Assembly (NCBI RefSeq): GCF_000011325.1 | Contig: NC_003450.3 | Coordinates: forward strand, 3,150,001 to 3,182,000 | Reading direction: 5' to 3' | DNA length: 32,000 bases | From: Corynebacterium glutamicum ATCC 13032 | GTDB lineage: Bacteria; Actinomycetota; Actinomycetes; Mycobacteriales; Mycobacteriaceae | In this document: one piece after another, positions 10,235-18,444 of the stretch | Layout of the letters: each line of letters starts with the position of its first letter | Numbering within the stretch: the first letter of the stretch is position 1 | Notes under the pieces: generated by a model | What the model was told of the DNA's origin: nothing | Database searches by the model: none | What the model saw: the letters and a program-made list of their open reading frames with translations, nothing else | Position numbers and translations under genes: made by a program

Positions 10235-10531
10235 TCACGTGGAGAAGGTGAACCGGATCTCCTTCGGCATGATGTGGACAGCCTTAAACTCTGGGTCTGC
10301 CACGATCTCGTGCCAGATATCAGCGGGAATGACGAGGCTGTCTCCCGCGCTCACACCACGGTCTTCGGCAGAGAACTGAACGATGCATCGCCCCTCGGTG
10401 ACGACGAGCACCGATTCGGTTGATGCTCTGTGTCTGGGCCAGGAAATTCCCGACGCCGCTTCCATCCGTTTAGTTTCAAACAGCGCTCCTTCTTCTAACG
10501 GCGTCACCCGGGGTCGCCCTGCGGATTCCAT
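10235..10531 (-). CDS. cupin-domain protein (98 aa)
   Basis: It shows a cupin_2-like pattern (...HRASTESVLVVTEGRCIVQF...GDSLVIPADIWHEI). ATG at 10531 (MESAGRPRV...). Confidence 0.7.
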   Translation of the reverse strand: MESAGRPRVTPLEEGALFETKRMEAASGISWPRHRASTESVLVVTEGRCIVQFSAEDRGVSAGDSLVIPADIWHEIVADPEFKAVHIMPKEIRFTFST

Positions 10532-10630
10532 CGTAAAACTCCTTCGCCACACGTCACTCACTGGAGGGAATCTAGTCCCCGACCTGCCATGCCGCCACCC
10601 TACCGGCACAGGTCATGAGCGATGAGAATT

Positions 10631-11040
10631 AGTCCTTATCGTTATTGGATAGCGCTCGGTAGAGGGTGGCTCTGCCAATTCTGAGGTCTTGGGCGATCGA
10701 CACCTTGGACTCACCAGCTTCTACCCGTTTCCGGGCTTTCTCGACGTCGTCCGGGGTGAGGGCGCGTTTGCGGCCCTTGTACTTGCCGGCCTTTTTCGCC
10801 AGGCGATCCCCTCGGCTTGGCGCTCCCGGATGATGGAGCGTTCGAACTCAGCGAAGGAGCCGAGAATGCTCAGCATGAGCTGGGCCCGCAAAGCATTGGA
10901 TTCCGCCGAGAAGATCAGGTTTTCCTTGATGAAGTGCACGCTCGCACCCTTGGTGGTGATTTGGTCAATGATCTTCTGCAGGTCGACCTTCGACCATCAC
11001 AATGACAGGCCAGGAACAACTATTGGTACGAGGGACATGA
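10631..11040 (-). pseudogene. serine recombinase (resolvase) remnant lacking the catalytic N-terminus, frameshifted
   Basis: It reads ...SKVDLQKIIDQITTKGASVHFIKENLIFSAESNALRAQLMLSILGSFAEFERSIIRERQAEGIA. A 1-nt loss at ~10798-10803 follows. In the next frame it continues AKKAGKYKGRKRALTPDDVEKARKRVEAGESKVSIAQDLRIGRATLYRALSNNDKD*. Upstream of SKVDLQ there are stops and no Ser-containing catalytic motif. Confidence 0.75.
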
Positions 11041-11084
11041 AACATCGCAGTCAGGTTCTCCTTGTTTAGGGCCGATATCAGGTC

Positions 11085-11408
11085 CTAGTTCTGGTTCTGT
11101 GGCGGCAGCACCGCGACGAGCTGGGCGTCGAAGTCCTGCGGACCCAGGCTGGCGGCACCGCCTGGCGAACCGAGGTCGTCGAAAAAGGCGGCGTTAGCGC
11201 CGGTGTAGTCCCACCATTCGTGGGGAACATCATCTTCGTAGAAGATGGCTTCAACCGGGCAGACGGGCTCGCAGGCACCGCAGTCGACGCACTCATCGGG
11301 GTGGATGTAGAGCATCCGTTTGCCCTCGTAGATGCAGTCCACGGGACATTCCTCGACGCAGGCTCGATCCAGGACATCAACGCAGGGCTGGGCGATTGTG
11401 TAGGTCAT
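11085..11408 (-). CDS. fdxA: 7Fe-type ferredoxin (3Fe-4S + 4Fe-4S)
   Basis: MTYTIAQPCVDVLDRACVEECPVDCIY...CVDCGACEPVCPVEAI carries the classic Cys spacing of actinobacterial FdxA. Confidence 0.92.
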   Translation of the reverse strand: MTYTIAQPCVDVLDRACVEECPVDCIYEGKRMLYIHPDECVDCGACEPVCPVEAIFYEDDVPHEWWDYTGANAAFFDDLGSPGGAASLGPQDFDAQLVAVLPPQNQN

Positions 11409-11679
11409 CGGATCTCCAATACTACGGATAAAGACGTGGAAAATAGGTTCACTGTCATCCTATTAGCTCCCCGACCCTTCACCAAGGGGCACATATTTTC
11501 GATTATCCCCGCCACCAGTAGCGGTAAGGATAGTGGAACCGGTCAGCTGGTCACCGTCGCATGCTGGTACAAACATCAGGGGCAGGAGGCCGGTGATCGA
11601 ACGGTGCCGGTCCATGGTCTCGCCGCGGAAGACGGACCCTCGGCGGGCTCAAACACCCCAGGGGAAGTCCCTATCTTTC

Positions 11680-12015
11680 TTATTGCGTCAGTTTGGCAAT
11701 GGTGATCAAAACAGCGGAGTCCTCGATTGCTTCGAGGCTGTGCCGAGATCGCGGCACGATCAACAGATCACCGCTGCGACCTATCCAGGTCTCATCGCCC
11801 GTCCTGAGTTGGACACGCCCTTGTAGGACATAAATCGTGGATTCATCGTGATTGTCGCGCTCTCCGAGCTCAGCACCCTGACGTATCCCGACGACGGTCT
11901 GCCGCAGAATTTTTTCGTGCCCGCCGAAGACGGTATCGGCGGCACGAGCACTAGGGGCGGCGACGGCCTCTTTAAGTTGCTTGCGGGCGAGGGCCTCGAT
12001 CGATATTTTGTGCAT
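11680..12015 (-). CDS. cupin-domain protein (111 aa)
   Basis: ...ERDNHDESTIYVLQGRVQLRTGDETWIGRSGDLLIVPRSRHSLEAIEDSAVLITIA shows a cupin beta-barrel pattern. Confidence 0.7.
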   Translation of the reverse strand: MHKISIEALARKQLKEAVAAPSARAADTVFGGHEKILRQTVVGIRQGAELGERDNHDESTIYVLQGRVQLRTGDETWIGRSGDLLIVPRSRHSLEAIEDSAVLITIAKLTQ

Positions 12016-12535
12016 ATAAACAACCTTTCGGAGCCGGTCTGGGAAGCATCGAATGGTGAGGAGACGATGTTTTTGTTCATGCGCCTTCCCTGATGACCCG
12101 AGAAGTTAGCGCAGTACGTAAAAAAGTGGACTCTGACGTGTCAGTGGTAGGGATCCTCCGTGGGCGGGCCGATGCGCAGGATAGCGGTCAGCGCTTGGTT
12201 TCGGTCACTGACATCGAGATGGGCGACGATTATTCATGAGGAACGCAAGTTTATTGCAGCATCACGCGACGAGTCAACTACATCCGACCCATTGCGCAAG
12301 CTCTTCGATTGCGGTTGATCGTGATGGTCAAAACCAGCGGCCGGTCAGGGATCGCTCTTTGCCACACGTCAGGGACTTAAGCTCGTCAGTAATTGTTGGC
12401 GGCGGCGACGGTAGCGAACTCGATGGCGACGACATGGCCGGCCATGGTCAAAGAATCCGCGTTCGTGGCATAACCCGGTCGTAACGTCTCTCGGACTTCG
12501 GCATCTGGTTGGATTACTCCGATGGTCTTCCGCGC

Positions 12536-12853
12536 GGTGCTGTTGCAAAGTTTGGGCAGTAGGAAGAGCGACGTGAAATAATCACAGCCATGGGTACCTT
12601 CTCCGGTCGTCATTTCCCCCGTGACATCATTCTGTAGGCAGTGCGCAGGTCACTGCCGCTACGGGGTGAGCTGACCTAAGATCTGGAGGAAACGATGACT
12701 TCAGCGGGGCGTGCCGGTCGATCACACCACGATTCTCACCGCTGGGTCCAGACATACGCCCCTGAGCTGGACAAGCAAACACGGTGGTACCGGCAGGTAC
12801 CTGACTAGCAGGCCAGTTCCTGGCGGGTGGATAAGACCTACATCCGGGTACGG
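12536..12853 (+). mobile_element. truncated IS6-family element (left IR plus ~260 bp of a degenerate transposase 5' region)
   Basis: It starts with the IS6/IS26-type IR GGTGCTGTTGCAAAGTTTGGGCAG. ATG at 12590 gives MGTFSGRHFPRDIIL*AVR..., with TAG stops where Trp is expected. It is ~95% identical (by eye) to the RC of 27541-27858. Similarity stops at ~12850. Confidence 0.85.
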
Positions 12854-12855
12854 TG

Positions 12856-12984
12856 TCATCGGTAATCGGTGGTGACGTCGCTGACCCCGAGGAGTTCCAT
12901 GTCCTCCTGGGCTCTCACCGCGTCGGCTACACGTTTACCGATGACACCGTACCCGTTTACTGCAACCTTGATTTTATTCGGCAT
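12856..12984 (-). pseudogene. N-terminal 42 codons of a class II (archaeal-type) glyceraldehyde-3-phosphate dehydrogenase-like gene, truncated at the IS6 fragment
   Basis: SD GGAAGGA lies upstream, then ATG at 12984. The peptide is [42 protein letters not shown]. The [19 protein letters not shown] Rossmann start is characteristic of that family. The ORF ends where the IS6-derived sequence begins. Confidence 0.6.
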
Positions 12985-13071
12985 GCTGATTGTCCTTCCC
13001 GGAAATCCTGGTTTGGCCCGATGGTCGTATGGTCGTGTTTCTCATCTGGGGTGGTCGGGGAATGTCCTTGT

Positions 13072-13734
13072 TCAGAGCTCGTTGAGCATCTGCTCCATCT
13101 CGGCGATCTCGGCCTCCTGATCTTCAATGACCTGCTCAGCCAGAGCGATGGCCTGCGGGTTCTGGCCATCAGTGACCTCATCGCGGGCCATATCGACCGC
13201 GCCCTCATGGTGGGCGGTCATCTGCTCAAGGTAGAGCCGGGCAGCCTCGGTGCCCTGGGCGTCCTCGAGGGCTGTCATGTCCTCCTCGCTCATCATTCCA
13301 CTCATCCCGCCATGGTCCATCTCACCCATATCACCGGTGACCGGATCTTCTTCCCAGGTCTCGAGCATGGTATTCATCCGGTCGATCTCCGGGCCCTGGG
13401 CATCGATAACACCCTGGGTGAACTCGATGACCTCGGCCGGGATATCGTCCTTGGCCAGGAGGATTTCACTCATCTCCACGGCCTGTTGGTGATGCGGGAT
13501 CATCATCTGCGCGAACATGATGTCCGCATCATTGTGCTCGGCGGAGACCTCTCCGGCCGCCCCCGTCTCTGTCTCAGGATCCGTGGTGGCCCCGGTCGTT
13601 TCGGTGGTGTCGGGGGCGGACGTAGTGGCGATGGTCGTGGTGTCGGTGTTTTCTCCCTCAGTGTTATCTGCGCAGGCGGACAAAACCAGGGTGGAGGTCA
13701 AGGCGAGAGCGGCGATGGTGATAGTGCGCTTCAT
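13072..13734 (-). CDS. DUF305-family secreted lipoprotein (copper-associated four-helix-bundle family)
   Basis: Signal peptide plus lipobox LVLSAC. It has a Thr/Glu-rich linker and duplicated DUF305 motifs (MMIPHHQQAVEMS / QMTAHHEGAVDMA). A Met/His-rich stretch GDMGEMDHGGMSGMMSEEDM is also present. Confidence 0.85.
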   Translation of the reverse strand: MKRTITIAALALTSTLVLSACADNTEGENTDTTTIATTSAPDTTETTGATTDPETETGAAGEVSAEHNDADIMFAQMMIPHHQQAVEMSEILLAKDDIPAEVIEFTQGVIDAQGPEIDRMNTMLETWEEDPVTGDMGEMDHGGMSGMMSEEDMTALEDAQGTEAARLYLEQMTAHHEGAVDMARDEVTDGQNPQAIALAEQVIEDQEAEIAEMEQMLNEL

Positions 13735-13786
13735 GGGGGTTCCCTTTCGGAGGTTGTGTATGGGGGAGTCGATGAAGGATTGAAAG

Positions 13787-16006
13787 TCAGCGGACGGGGG
13801 CTGCAGAGCTCACAGCAGCCTTCTCCTCCTTCCCGTCGGTCGGAGCTAGGTGAGCCGGGTCCAGGTCGATCCGGCGTAGCAGCTGGGCGTTGAGGGCGAC
13901 GATGATCGTGGACAGGGACATCAAGATGGCGGCCGCCGCCGGGGGAAGCAGCACACCGATAGGGGCGAGCACACCGGCGGCCAGCGGAACGGCCACGATG
14001 TTGTACCCGGTCGCCCAGACCAGGTTCTGGACCATCTTGCGGTAGCTGGCATGGGAGAGCTCGATCATCGACAGCACGGCCCGGGGATCATCACTGGCCA
14101 GGACCACCCCGGCGGACTCCATCGCCACATCTGTACCCGCGCCAATCGCAATACCGACCTCGGCCCGGGCCAGGGCCGGGGCGTCATTGACACCGTCGCC
14201 GACCATGGCCACGCTCAGACCGCGCTCCTGCAGCTGGGTGACCTTGGTGTCCTTGTCCTGCGGCAGAACCTCGGCGAAGACCTCATCGATCCCCAGATCC
14301 TTGCCCACTGCCTGGGCGACCTGGGTGGCGTCACCGGTGATCATCGCCACCTTCACCCCGCGGGCCTGCAGGGCGCGTACCGCCGCGCGGGATTCGGGGC
14401 GGATTTTGTCCTCCACTGCCACCGCACCGATGATCTCACCGTCGCGGACGACATGGAGCACTCCGGCACCTCGCTGTGCCCAGGAACCGGTGATGTCGGC
14501 GAGCTCACCCGGGGTGGTCAGATTGAACTCGCGTAGCATGTTCGGCCCGCCCACGAGGATTTCGGCACCGTCGACGGTGGCCCGGATCCCGCGGCCGGAG
14601 GCGGCGGTGAAACCGGTTGCGCGCAGCTGACGCTGCGAGGCCTCCGGGTGTGCGGCCGCGGCAGTCACGATCGCGCGGGCCACGGGGTGCTCACTATCGG
14701 CCTCAGCGGCGGCGGCCAGGGCCAGCAGCTCACCCTCGGCGATACCCGTGGCCGGAGCCACGCCGGTGACGGCGTGTGCGCCTTCGGTCAGGGTGCCGGT
14801 CTTATCGAACAAGACGACGTCGATGGTGCGCATGTGCTCGAGTGCCATGCGGTCCTTGATGAGCACCCCGGATTTCGCGGCGCGCTCGGAGGAGATCGCG
14901 ATGACCAGCGGGATGGCCAGGCCCAGGGCGTGCGGGCAGGCGATGATCAGCACGGTCACCGCGCGGACCACGGCATCGTCGGGGCTGCCGATGATGGTCC
15001 AGACCACGGCGGTGATCAGGGCCGTGATCAGGGCGAACCAGAACAGGAAGGCTGCGGCTCGATCGGCCAGGGCCTGGGCCCGGGAGGAGGAGGCCTGGGC
15101 GTCGGCGACCATGCGCTGGATGCCTGCCAGGGCGGTGTCCCCACCGGTGGCCTCCACCCGGATACGGACGGTGTTGTCGGTGGCCACGGTGCCGGCCACC
15201 ACGGTCTCACCGGTATCCCGGTAGACGGGTCGGGATTCGCCGGTGATCATGGCCTCATCGAATTCGGCCGCTCCGTCGATGATGGTCCCGTCGGCCGGGA
15301 CGCGGGCACCTGCTCGGACCAGCACGACATCGTCGACGGCCAGCTCTGAGATCGCTACGGTGCGGGTGGTCCCGTCGACGACCTTCTCGGCCTCATCGGG
15401 CAGGAGCGCTGCCAGCGCGTCAAGCGCGGAGGAGGCTGCACCAAGAGCGCGCATCTCCAGCCAGTGGCCCAACAGCATGATGGTCACCAGCAGGGCCAGT
15501 TCCCACCAGAAATCTAGGTGGAACCCGCCCAGCCCCAGGGTGGTGACCCAGGAGGCGATAAACGCCACGGTGATCGCCATGGCGATCAGGAGCATCATGC
15601 CCGGTTGGCGGGATTTCAGCTCGGTCATTGCGCCCTTGAGGAAGGGGGTGCCGCCGTAGAGGAAGATGATCGTGCCCAGGACCGGAGGAATCCAGTAGGC
15701 TCCCGGAATCTCCGGAATATTATATCCCAGCAGGTCGGCGAACATCGGGCTGAAGAACACCACCGGAACCGACAGGATCAGCGACCACCAGAAGCGGTCC
15801 CGGAACATCGCGGCGCTGTGGCCGGCGTGTTCACCGTGACTGTGGACCTGATGTTCTTCATCGACAGTGGAATGCGGATGATCGTGCGGCATGGCCTGGC
15901 CGTGGGTGGCGGCATCCGCATGGTGCTCGTGACCGGCATGATTCGGGTGGTGGGTGTGGTCTGTTTCCGGAGCGGGGTGATCACCGTGGTGGTGGGGAGT
16001 GCTCAT
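13787..16006 (-). CDS. copB: P1B-3-type (CopB-like) copper P-type ATPase with His-rich N-terminus
   Basis: SD GGAAGGAA lies 6 nt before the ATG at 16006. The N-terminus is MSTPHHHGDHPAPETDHTHHPNHAGHEHH.... The TM motif is CPH (IIACPHALGLAIP). Other motifs are DKTGTLT, TGES and GDGVNDAPAL. Confidence 0.95.
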   Translation of the reverse strand: MSTPHHHGDHPAPETDHTHHPNHAGHEHHADAATHGQAMPHDHPHSTVDEEHQVHSHGEHAGHSAAMFRDRFWWSLILSVPVVFFSPMFADLLGYNIPEIPGAYWIPPVLGTIIFLYGGTPFLKGAMTELKSRQPGMMLLIAMAITVAFIASWVTTLGLGGFHLDFWWELALLVTIMLLGHWLEMRALGAASSALDALAALLPDEAEKVVDGTTRTVAISELAVDDVVLVRAGARVPADGTIIDGAAEFDEAMITGESRPVYRDTGETVVAGTVATDNTVRIRVEATGGDTALAGIQRMVADAQASSSRAQALADRAAAFLFWFALITALITAVVWTIIGSPDDAVVRAVTVLIIACPHALGLAIPLVIAISSERAAKSGVLIKDRMALEHMRTIDVVLFDKTGTLTEGAHAVTGVAPATGIAEGELLALAAAAEADSEHPVARAIVTAAAAHPEASQRQLRATGFTAASGRGIRATVDGAEILVGGPNMLREFNLTTPGELADITGSWAQRGAGVLHVVRDGEIIGAVAVEDKIRPESRAAVRALQARGVKVAMITGDATQVAQAVGKDLGIDEVFAEVLPQDKDTKVTQLQERGLSVAMVGDGVNDAPALARAEVGIAIGAGTDVAMESAGVVLASDDPRAVLSMIELSHASYRKMVQNLVWATGYNIVAVPLAAGVLAPIGVLLPPAAAAILMSLSTIIVALNAQLLRRIDLDPAHLAPTDGKEEKAAVSSAAPVR

Positions 16007-16056
16007 GAGGTTCCTTCCGCTCAACCCGGTCGGGGTCGAGATGATGGGTGAATCGA

Positions 16057-16389
16057 TCAGGACAAGACGGTGTAGCCGGTCTCCTCAATTGCCCGGTGGA
16101 CGGTTTCCAGGGGCACGGAACCCGTGACCGTGACGATGGAGACCCCACCGGCGATGAGGTCGACCTGGACGTCGTCGACCTGGGGCAGAGCGCTCACCGC
16201 CTCGGTGACGTTGTCGGCGCAGTGTCCGCAGGTCATGCCTGTGACCTGGTAGGTGGTGGGACCTTCAGGTGTTGCGTCGGTTGCCGCGGCCACGGCCGAG
16301 GCGGAGACGGTCGCGGACGGTGTAGAGGGCGCGCAGCATCCACAACCGTCGGAGGCCAGCGGCAGCAAGGGGGAAGTCGGGGTGGTCAT
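16057..16389 (-). CDS. heavy-metal-associated (HMA) domain protein with extra N-terminal Cys cluster
   Basis: SD AGGAGC precedes the ATG at 16389. The motifs are ...DGCGCCAPS... followed by YQVTGMTCGHCADNVTEAV (GMTCxxC). It lies immediately upstream of copB on the same strand. Confidence 0.85.
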   Translation of the reverse strand: MTTPTSPLLPLASDGCGCCAPSTPSATVSASAVAAATDATPEGPTTYQVTGMTCGHCADNVTEAVSALPQVDDVQVDLIAGGVSIVTVTGSVPLETVHRAIEETGYTVLS

Positions 16390-16436
16390 CGGATCGCTCC
16401 TGTGGGATCGGGGGATCAGGCGGGGTTTCCCCTCCC

Positions 16437-16464
16437 ATCGTATACCCCTATGGGGTATTGTCAA
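16437..16464 (-). promoter_or_regulatory. sigma-A-type promoter TTGACA-16 nt-TACGAT whose spacer is a CsoR-type palindrome ATACCCC-TAT-GGGGTAT
   Basis: On the minus strand, TTGACA is 16459-16464 and TACGAT is 16437-16442. The 17-bp perfect palindrome is 16442-16458. It sits ~50 nt upstream of the HMA-protein start and overlaps the last codons of copS. Confidence 0.6.
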
Positions 16465-17647
16465 GGGGTTGATACGGATCGCTGCCGAGGTCATCAGAAT
16501 TATTGTCCCCGGGAGTGGGGTCACTGAGCATCAGGGACACGTTTTCCTGGTGCAGGGGAAGACGGATGGTGAAGACCGATCCGGCACCGGGGCCAGGAGA
16601 GGTGGCGGTGAGAGTGCCGCCGTGGGCCTCGATCAATGCCTTGGAGATGGTCAGACCGATACCGGCCCCGCCGTTGTCCCGGCTGCGGGCGGCATCCCCC
16701 CGGTAGAAGCGTTCGAAGATGTGTCCGAGCTGGCCAGGTGGGATGCCCTCGCCGTCATCGGCGACGTGGATGAGCGCGGTGGACGCCCCCTGTCGGTGGA
16801 CGCTGATCCGGACCTGCCCGCCGGCCGGGGTGTACCGTAGCGCGTTCGACAGGAGATTGCTCATCACCTGGCCGAAGCGTTGCCGGTCCACGAGCACCCG
16901 GACGGTGTCCATAATGGTCTCGACCTGTAAATCGACGCCTTTGTCAGCATAAGCTTCCCCCGCGGCAGCAGCGGCGGTATGGAGCAGATCCCCGAGCCCT
17001 TCCTCCGCCAGGTCCAAATCGATCCGGTGTTCCTGGGCCCGGGAGACATCGTCGATGTCTTCCATCAACCGGGTCAGGCGGGTGAGTTGGTCAGCCATGA
17101 TCGTGTGGGTGGCATTATTCCAGTCCACGACCCCGTCCTGGAGACCATCGAGGTAGACCGTGAGCACCGATAAGGGGGTGCCCATTTCGTGGGCCAGATC
17201 AGAGAGCATCTGGCGGCGGACCTGTTCGGTGTGTTCCAGCCGGTCGGCCATGGTGTTGAAGGCATGCGCCAGGGTGGTGACCTCGGGGCCTGCTTCTCCG
17301 GCGGGCACGCGGATACGGTAGTTGCCGGCCGTCAGGCTGGTAGCGGCGCGGGTGAGATCCTGCAGGGGGGTGCGCAGGCGACGCGATAACCACAGGCTGG
17401 CCAGCAGGGCGCTGATCAAGGCGGTGGGCAGGGCGACGGCCAGGGTGATCAGGTTGGCGTCCCGGTAGGCCTGCTCGGCATGGAACAGCTCCAGCGAGGG
17501 GTCCTCCCGGCCGGTCATCAACATATGATCATGGAACAGGGTCGGGCCCACCATCGTGGCCACGGCCGCGGCCACCAGCAGGCTAATCACCACGACCAAC
17601 ACCTGGGCGGCCAGGAAGCGGAAGGTCAGGCCGGGTCTGTGATTCAT
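16448..17647 (-). CDS. copS: sensor histidine kinase of the copper two-component system
   Basis: It has two N-terminal TM segments, HAMP, the H-box SDLAHEMGTPLS, and HATPase motifs (NLLSNALRYTP, DDGEGIP, GGAGIGLTI). Its ATG overlaps the copR stop (ATGA). Confidence 0.93.
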   Translation of the reverse strand: MNHRPGLTFRFLAAQVLVVVISLLVAAAVATMVGPTLFHDHMLMTGREDPSLELFHAEQAYRDANLITLAVALPTALISALLASLWLSRRLRTPLQDLTRAATSLTAGNYRIRVPAGEAGPEVTTLAHAFNTMADRLEHTEQVRRQMLSDLAHEMGTPLSVLTVYLDGLQDGVVDWNNATHTIMADQLTRLTRLMEDIDDVSRAQEHRIDLDLAEEGLGDLLHTAAAAAGEAYADKGVDLQVETIMDTVRVLVDRQRFGQVMSNLLSNALRYTPAGGQVRISVHRQGASTALIHVADDGEGIPPGQLGHIFERFYRGDAARSRDNGGAGIGLTISKALIEAHGGTLTATSPGPGAGSVFTIRLPLHQENVSLMLSDPTPGDNNSDDLGSDPYQPLDNTP

Positions 17648-18366
17648 GGCTGCCCCACCCGGTAGCCCACGCCACGCACGGTGTCGATAAACCCCCGGCC
17701 CCGGGTGTCGGTGCCGAGCTTGCGACGCAAGTTGCCGATGTGGACATCGACGATGCGTTCATCGCCGACCCAGGTGGTGTCCCAGACCTCGGTGATCAGG
17801 TCGTGGCGGGTCAGCACCTGGCCGGGGCGCAGGGCCAGGGCAACCAGCAGCTCGAACTCCGTGCGGGTGAGCTCCACGGTCGTCTCCCCCACCCACACCT
17901 GATGGGCGACGGGGTCAAGGATGAGGTCACCAACGATCAAGGGGGTGGTCACCTGCGGTGGGGTGGTGCTGGTGCGCGGGCGGCGCAGCACCGCATGCAC
18001 CCGGGTCACCAGTTCCCGGATGCTAAAAGGTTTGGTGATGTAGTCATCCGCCCCCAGGGTCAAACCGCTGATCTTGTCGTCCTCGCTGCCACGCGCGGTG
18101 AGCATGAGGATGTAGCAGTCCGAGAAGGTGCGGATCCGTCGGCACACCTCCAGGCCGTCGAGTTCGGGCAGCCCCAGATCCAGCACCACAACATCGGGGG
18201 AAAAGCGACGGGCCTCGTCCACGGCCTGGGTGCCGGTGTGCGCCTGGCGGGTGTCGAAGCCGGCCCGGATGAGGTAGGAGGCCACCATCTGAGCCAGGGG
18301 TTGTTCATCATCGACGACCAGCACCCGCCCCGGGGGCGTGGCGGTGGTCGGTGTGCGGTCAGCCAT
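17644..18366 (-). CDS. copR: OmpR-family response regulator of the copper two-component system
   Basis: Receiver domain (VLVVDDEQPL...VVVLDLGLPELDG) plus an OmpR-type winged helix (...LTRTEFELLVAL...IDTVRGVGYRV). I prefer the ATG at 18366 (MADRTPTT...). Confidence 0.93.
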   Translation of the reverse strand: MADRTPTTATPPGRVLVVDDEQPLAQMVASYLIRAGFDTRQAHTGTQAVDEARRFSPDVVVLDLGLPELDGLEVCRRIRTFSDCYILMLTARGSEDDKISGLTLGADDYITKPFSIRELVTRVHAVLRRPRTSTTPPQVTTPLIVGDLILDPVAHQVWVGETTVELTRTEFELLVALALRPGQVLTRHDLITEVWDTTWVGDERIVDVHIGNLRRKLGTDTRGRGFIDTVRGVGYRVGQP

Positions 18367-18424
18367 AGACCCCAGTATCGCTTCGGCCGGGGGGAATACC
18401 ACCCTCGTTCAGTGCCCGGCGGGG

Positions 18425-18444
18425 AAATCTTCATCAAATCTTCA
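18425..18444 (-). promoter_or_regulatory. CopR operator, direct repeat TGAAGATTT-nn-TGAAGATTT
   Basis: The plus strand reads AAATCTTCA-tc-AAATCTTCA. The RC equals the CopR binding motif I recall being published for C. glutamicum. It lies in the copR / cueP-like divergent intergenic region, 59-78 nt upstream of copR. Confidence 0.8.

Noticed and set aside
12386-12613. 75-aa minus-strand ORF MTTGEGTHGCDYFTSLFLLPKLCNS...
   Set aside because: Its 5' third is antisense to the IS6 inverted repeat and transposase start. The rest may be the tail of an unidentified gene cut by the IS, so as a whole it is a chimeric artefact. I could not assign the distal 45 aa to any family.
12853-13893. 346-aa plus-strand ORF, and similar long ORFs at 19409-20725 (-), 25112-26056 (-), 26186-26992 (-), 14648-15349 (+), 15518-16051 (+) and 17740-18570 (+)
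   Set aside because: All are antisense to genes with unmistakable family motifs (DUF305, copO, the P1B ATPases, copB, copR). Their products are Gly/Arg/Asp/His-rich and low in complexity, and they lack SD sequences. They are typical shadow ORFs of high-G+C coding DNA.
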